Positions 40,498 through 42,829 of a stretch of DNA of 42,829 bases are shown piece after piece. The notes under the pieces were generated by a model. The model did not search any database and was not told the origin of the DNA. It saw nothing but the letters and a program-made list of their open reading frames with translations. Made by a program: the position numbers and the translations under genes. Position 1 is the first letter of the stretch. Each line of letters starts with the position of its first letter. This DNA comes from Pseudomonadota bacterium (GTDB lineage: Bacteria > Desulfobacterota > Desulfobacteria > Desulfobacterales > RPRI01). Location of the stretch: assembly GCA_043825875.1 (NCBI GenBank), contig JBDRRF010000069.1, positions 1 to 42,829 on the forward strand. Direction: 5' to 3'.

Positions 40498-40836
40498 CTT
40501 ATTTTTATAGAATTTAATATTTTCAACAGTTTCGTCTATTGGGGGCAGCCCCTGTGTATTGCCTCGGTTATTAACAAAAAGAGGCGCTATGGCGCCAGCT
40601 TTATATTTTATTTCGATAGTAAAACGTCCATCGGTATACTTAAAGATACCACCCGCAAGATTATTTCCGTATGCTGAATATTCATTTTTGGTGTTTAATG
40701 CTTGAGCAATTATATTTTCGACTTCAGATCGTTTCATCCCTATTTGTATATCAAGATTGGCCAATGGTGATTTATTATTGGAACAAGAATTACATATCGT
40801 ACAAAGCATAAATATAAGGGGTATGATTTTTTTCAT
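40492..40836 (-). CDS. Hypothetical lipoprotein (cassette-like ORF)
   Basis: MKKIIPLIFMLCTICNSC signal peptide with Cys; IQIGMKRSEVE motif. Confidence 0.7.
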   Translation of the reverse strand: MKKIIPLIFMLCTICNSCSNNKSPLANLDIQIGMKRSEVENIIAQALNTKNEYSAYGNNLAGGIFKYTDGRFTIEIKYKAGAIAPLFVNNRGNTQGLPPIDETVENIKFYKNKR

Positions 40837-40838
40837 TT

Positions 40839-40929
40839 TATTTTCGACCTATATCACCAGCGACCCACTCCAATTTGCCGCGTCAGCACCGCCAAGCTTC
40901 TTGCCGACGGGTTAATGCTTTTGTTAATG
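40839..40929 (-). mobile_element. Degenerate attC-like site
   Basis: Minus strand CATTAAC-AAAAGC-ATTAACC...GTGCTGACGC...GGTGAT-ATAGGTC-G; shares GCTGACGC core with the site at 41557-41616; distal GTT is lost. Confidence 0.45.
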
Positions 40930-40992
40930 ATTATTTTATGAATTTTACGGCCCGCCATATACAGTCATTTGATAATATTTTAACAGAATAAA

Positions 40993-41487
40993 TCAGTCAG
41001 CACGATAACCAAACTGTTCGTATTGGCCAGGACTGGTTTCTTTTCTCCAGCTCCAGAATATGTGAGTCCCTCTCTTTTCTATATTGTCAGGCGGGCCAAA
41101 GAGTTTTGTCATCTCTTCAGCAGTTGGATCTAGTTTAAATGTCATTCTCGCCAACTGCTCCCCAACTTTATTGTCATCAGTCTGTCGCCATGAGTCAAAT
41201 ATTTTTTTGGTTTGCTCCATCAATAAAGAACGTTGTTCAGCAATCTCTTTTTTCTTTTTCTGTTCAGCAACTATCTTCGCTTCCTGTTCAGCAATTATCT
41301 TTGCTTCCTGTTCAGCGATTTTTGCTCGTGCAGAAGACGCAAACTGACTATTAGGATATTCATCAAGAAAAGCTTGGTAAGCAGAGGTGGAATTCAGTCT
41401 TTGGGTGGCATCCCATCGAGATTCAACCGATGCACAACCTGATATAATCAGACAAGATATCGCAACGAATAATAATGCTTTATTCAT
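40993..41487 (-). CDS. Hypothetical lipoprotein (cassette-like ORF)
   Basis: Lipobox ISGC, AYQAFLDEYPNSQFA helix-hairpin motif, AEQEAKI repeats; AGGAGA RBS. Confidence 0.75.
   Translation of the reverse strand: MNKALLFVAISCLIISGCASVESRWDATQRLNSTSAYQAFLDEYPNSQFASSARAKIAEQEAKIIAEQEAKIVAEQKKKKEIAEQRSLLMEQTKKIFDSWRQTDDNKVGEQLARMTFKLDPTAEEMTKLFGPPDNIEKRGTHIFWSWRKETSPGQYEQFGYRAD
41260..41325. repeat. Intragenic 24-bp tandem repeat
   Basis: CTGTTCAGCAAYTATCTTYGCTTC x2 plus a partial third copy, encoding (E)AKI(I/V)AEQ. Confidence 0.8.
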
Positions 41488-41556
41488 GTTGTCTCCTTTT
41501 GTTATTTAATGAGCTGTTAAGATATCAACACTGCCTTCACTGTCAGGCATCTACAT

Positions 41557-41616
41557 CTATAACACGTAAAATTCACCGGCGAGCGTCAGCGCATACAGTG
41601 GAATATGTTGTTATTA
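41557..41616 (-). mobile_element. attC-like recombination site (60 bp)
   Basis: Begins immediately after the TAG of the 341-aa ORF: TAATAAC-AACATA-TT(C)CACTG...GCG-CTGA-CGC...CGGTGAA-TTTTACGT-GTTATAG. Confidence 0.65.
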
Positions 41617-42642
41617 CTATTTTTTTTCTTGCACCGCACTCACCTGGCGGACAAAGGCATCAATACGCTCCACAATGTTGGCCTTAAGGTTTTCGTAGAA
41701 CAGCGTATAGTCAAAGGCATGGTAGACCCCTTCCGGGAAATTACCGCCTTTAACGGTAACCAAGTCCACATTCTCCGGCATGACAATCAGGCCGCCGTCC
41801 ACAATCTGAGCCGAAGTGAAATGTGGGTAGGCCCTGGGCGTACCAGCCTTATCAAAAAAGACAGCACCGATATTCTTTTCAGCAGGGACGAAGGCACTAT
41901 CCATAGTCCAAGATAGAGGGTTTACCGTTAGAGCATTTTTTTTGAGGGTCGGTGCAACTGATTGCCGTCCTTCAGCCATGGTGTTGTACGATATGACGCA
42001 TCCCGTTTGATTTGAACGTTCACACATATGCACAGTGGAGTGAGCAGCGAGGTCCGCCGGAGTCAAAGACCAACCTATAAGCAGAGCAGCAACTAACCGA
42101 TTTTCAGCACCGGTGGAGCCCCAATGCTTGAGAAGAAGATCCGTCAAGATCATGGAACCCTGGCTGTGGCCTGCCAAGAAAAATGGGCGGCCGTTGTTTT
42201 CGTATTTGAGGTAATGGGTTAAGGCACGCCAGACATCGTTATGTACGATATCTTGTAAGGGTGCGGCGTCGGCGTCACTCAAACTCAGGCCAGCTATATT
42301 CATCTGACGATACATTGGGGCGTAGATATTCGCTTGTCCTTCAAAGACAGAAGCCTGAGTTTTTACCGATTCCATGGCTGCGGCACGCATGTCCGGCCTG
42401 GTCGTATCCATGATCCAATCAGTATCATTAAACAGGACCGTAGGATACACGAAAAAGACATCGATCGGTGCCGTAGGGGCAGCAGGTTTTACGAGCCAGC
42501 CTTCCGGTACTGTATAATCTGGAGCTGCTGGCTGAGCCTTTAGATCCAGTGGCGGCATGGCCTGGCAGGGGAGCCACTGGACAAGACTGCAAACTATTAT
42601 CAGGAACATCGAATACAAGATTGGCAAATTACGGGTTTTCAT
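41617..42642 (-). CDS. Secreted alpha/beta hydrolase, DUF3089-like
   Basis: Signal peptide; DVFFVYPT, YAPMYRQ, RPFFLAGHSQGS nucleophile elbow, YHAFDY; GGAGG RBS; visibly more GC-rich than flanks. Confidence 0.85.
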   Translation of the reverse strand: MKTRNLPILYSMFLIIVCSLVQWLPCQAMPPLDLKAQPAAPDYTVPEGWLVKPAAPTAPIDVFFVYPTVLFNDTDWIMDTTRPDMRAAAMESVKTQASVFEGQANIYAPMYRQMNIAGLSLSDADAAPLQDIVHNDVWRALTHYLKYENNGRPFFLAGHSQGSMILTDLLLKHWGSTGAENRLVAALLIGWSLTPADLAAHSTVHMCERSNQTGCVISYNTMAEGRQSVAPTLKKNALTVNPLSWTMDSAFVPAEKNIGAVFFDKAGTPRAYPHFTSAQIVDGGLIVMPENVDLVTVKGGNFPEGVYHAFDYTLFYENLKANIVERIDAFVRQVSAVQEKK

Positions 42643-42688
42643 AATATATCCTCCATAAATTTCTTTGCTGACAACACTATATACTTAT

Positions 42689-42829
42689 GAGCCACTTTCA
42701 AAACGTTTCAGTTTGGTCAAGCTCAAGGCGGGCGAAAATTTCAACCACAGGAATACATTGAGTATTTCGAGGATTGAAATTTGAGCCCAACGCAGAGATC
42801 GGCCAAAATGGGGCGTTTTGAAACTGGCT
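42689..42829. repeat. Complete ~140-bp palindromic dispersed repeat (MITE/REPIN-like or structured RNA)
   Basis: Terminal inverted repeats AGCCACTTTCAAAACG / CGTTTTGAAACTGGCT (15/16) extending into a rod-like hairpin; second copy at 19093-19243. Confidence 0.9.

Noticed and set aside
40945..40995. Selenocysteine or read-through at the TGA of the 164-aa lipoprotein (frame stays open 15 more codons)
   Set aside because: No redox motif or SECIS-like hairpin is apparent; a short open extension is expected by chance
41085..41098. TGTCAGGCGGGCCA matches the tRNA-Arg 3' end (25193-25206) at 13/14, suggesting an attR of a tRNA-integrated island
   Set aside because: It lies inside an intact ORF (codons for FGPPDN on the minus strand), is short, and no integrase is present beside the tRNA or the match

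Overview
AT-rich bacterial chromosome segment; gene content and order suggest a deltaproteobacterial (Desulfobacterales-like) anaerobe, which is an inference. 1-17.2 kb is a dcw cell-wall/division cluster (mraZ-rsmH-ftsL-ftsI-murE-murF-mraY-murD-ftsW-murG-murC-murB-ftsQ-ftsA-ftsZ, no ddl) with MraZ boxes upstream, followed by a radical SAM gene. Next come an interrupted copy of a ~140-bp palindromic dispersed repeat, an orphan ORF with a proteasome-beta/Ntn-hydrolase-like signature, a minus-strand rpoH-TPR lipoprotein-LolB-like-HD/dGTPase block, tRNA-Arg(TCT), a GAF/HD-GYP gene and an SPFH/zinc-ribbon pair. 29.5-38.1 kb is an accessory catabolic module: a sigma54 activator, a regulator built from an IS630 DNA-binding region fused to XRE and GNAT-like domains, a divergent UroD/MtaA-family methyltransferase and a sigma54-promoter-preceded hcrCAB-like (4-hydroxybenzoyl-CoA reductase-like) molybdoenzyme. 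The right end holds a FecR/TbpB-barrel-like gene, three co-oriented ORFs each followed by an attC-like site (no integrase in the window), and a complete copy of the palindromic repeat that runs to the last base.
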